In this document: positions 62,656 to 64,000 of the stretch, piece by piece
Position numbering within the stretch: the first letter of the stretch is position 1
How the letters are laid out: each line of letters opens with the position of its first letter
Source: Candidatus Poribacteria bacterium
GTDB lineage: Bacteria; Poribacteria; WGA-4E; WGA-3G
Direction of reading: 5' to 3'
NCBI GenBank assembly: GCA_964291315.2
Contig: OZ219751.1
Location: 32,001-96,000 of the forward strand
Length of the DNA: 64,000 nucleotides
Translations under genes and position numbers: made by a program
Notes under the pieces: model-generated
The model's input: only the letters and a program-made list of their open reading frames with translations
The model's database searches: none
What the model was told of the DNA's origin: nothing

Positions 62656-63915
62656 ATGAAAAAACTGACGATTATAAATGGTGATATCTATACCCCAACG
62701 CATTATGGGCATGGAAGCGTTGTCATTCAAGGGGACACAATTTCAGACATAACACCGGATACACTTCAGCCAGTAGGCGACGTTGTCGATGCCTCAGGAT
62801 GTTTTGTCATTCCGGGGCTAATTGATAGCTTGGCGCATGGCGGCGGTGGCTGTAGTAGCATGAGTGGTAAGATTGAGGATATTGCTACGATCGCTCGCGC
62901 ACACGCTCGTCATGGTGTTACCTCGTTGGTGTTGGGCATTTCCTCGGGGAGCATGACGCAGATTAACAGTGCCTTAACGACTATTGCACATGTTGTTGAT
63001 GAACCAGTAGTAGACGGGGCACAGATTTTGGGGTCGTATGTAGAAGGAAAATTTGGGAGCCTCTCCAAAAACGGAGCACAAAACGCCAGGTACATTACAC
63101 CGCCGAACTTTGAAGAGTTTCACACCATGTGGGCAGCTTCTGACGGTACTTTAAAAGTAATTTCCCTCGCTCCTGAAAACGATGAAAACTTCCAGTTTGT
63201 TAGGCATCTCGCGAAGTACGGGGTTGACGCTTACAATAACATTATCATTGCTATGGGCCACACGAATGCAACTTATGAACAAGCAATGGCGGCGATTGAT
63301 GCGGGCGTGACGCGCGCCACACATACCTACAACGGTATGAGCGGTATGCACCATCGGGCACTCGGGGCAATAGAAGCCGTTCTCGCTCACCCAGATATCC
63401 ACGCAGAACTCATTGTTGATGAGCATCATGTACACCCTTTTTGGGGGAGCCACTTGATTCAGCAAAAGGGAATCCAGGCTGTTGGGTTGATCACAGATTG
63501 TACTGAACTTGCAGGGGTACCCACTGATGACTGGCGGGCATCAGCAATTTATGTTCCTGCTATTGATGCTTATCGTCTCAGTGACGACACAATTTGTGAG
63601 AAAGATACTGCCTTTGAAGCCGGTAGCACGAAAAAATACGTACGTAATAACGCTATGTGGCTTGATGTCGGTAAGCCTACCGAACGCCTTGCCGGCGCTA
63701 CAATTACGCTTATAGACGGGATCCGCAATGTTATGAATTGGGGGTACTCTCTCCAAGAGACGTTAACGATGGCCACATTGACCCCGGCGCAGAATTTAGG
63801 TGTGTCCACATCGATCGGTTCTATCGCGTCCGGGAGAATAGCGGATATTGTTATTGTGGACAAAAATTTGACCGTTCAGAACGTCGTCTTACGTGGAAAA
63901 TTGCTCAAAAATTAG
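62656..63915 (+). CDS. nagA: N-acetylglucosamine-6-phosphate deacetylase family amidohydrolase
   Basis: PGLID, LAPE, GHT, THTYNGM, ITD, LAG, TPA and G.IADI motifs. Confidence 0.75.
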   Translation: MKKLTIINGDIYTPTHYGHGSVVIQGDTISDITPDTLQPVGDVVDASGCFVIPGLIDSLAHGGGGCSSMSGKIEDIATIARAHARHGVTSLVLGISSGSMTQINSALTTIAHVVDEPVVDGAQILGSYVEGKFGSLSKNGAQNARYITPPNFEEFHTMWAASDGTLKVISLAPENDENFQFVRHLAKYGVDAYNNIIIAMGHTNATYEQAMAAIDAGVTRATHTYNGMSGMHHRALGAIEAVLAHPDIHAELIVDEHHVHPFWGSHLIQQKGIQAVGLITDCTELAGVPTDDWRASAIYVPAIDAYRLSDDTICEKDTAFEAGSTKKYVRNNAMWLDVGKPTERLAGATITLIDGIRNVMNWGYSLQETLTMATLTPAQNLGVSTSIGSIASGRIADIVIVDKNLTVQNVVLRGKLLKN

Positions 63916-63962
63916 AAAATTTGTAAAGTTTCCTGATTTTCTGCTTTTTTTGAAAAAAAAAT

Positions 63963-63991
63963 TTGACAATTCATTATTCACACTGTATAAT
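63963..63991 (+). promoter_or_regulatory. Consensus sigma70 promoter for a gene beyond the window
   Basis: TTGACA-17 nt-TATAAT with TG extension. Confidence 0.7.
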
Positions 63992-64000
63992 ATTTAACTT

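Noticed and set aside
1-64000. In-frame UGA selenoprotein near selB/selC
   Set aside because: I found no ORF pair joined by an in-frame TGA at a Cys-equivalent position; the rhodanese and lipA use ordinary Cys codons

Overview
Bacterial chromosomal window of mostly housekeeping and carbohydrate/sulfate-metabolism genes. It is probably from Candidatus Poribacteria or a relative; this is an inference from the dockerin + 'LLPNYPNPFNP' C-terminal-domain gene, sulfatases, FGE-fold proteins, Gfo/Idh/MocA and DUF1080 genes. Core clusters are lepA-(lepB pseudogene)-lepB-selB-selC(tRNA-Sec)-lipA-dapB-dapB-YCF48-like-dapL on the minus strand, glmM-yvcK, glnS-gltX, ffh-rpsP-khpA-trmD-rplS-rnhB-yraN (no rimM), tRNA-Arg(CCG), dut, folA and nagA. 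I found no integrase, transposase, reverse transcriptase, CRISPR array or rRNA. The main candidates for a second look are: (i) a PspA/ESCRT-III-like gene with a downstream tandem-AAA ATPase that has Vps4/Cdc48-type pore-loop motifs, plus a distant DUF4178/DUF2491-like + RS-rich membrane-protein pair of a kind often linked to PspA; (ii) a ~380-nt structured leader with its own promoter upstream of dapL; (iii) tandem dapB paralogues sharing a 200-bp identical block; (iv) elements bounded by heptamer repeats, one lying in frame at the start of a lipoprotein gene; (v) two large genes split by single-base frameshifts; (vi) several decayed pseudogenes. All calls come from motif recognition by eye; no database search was run.
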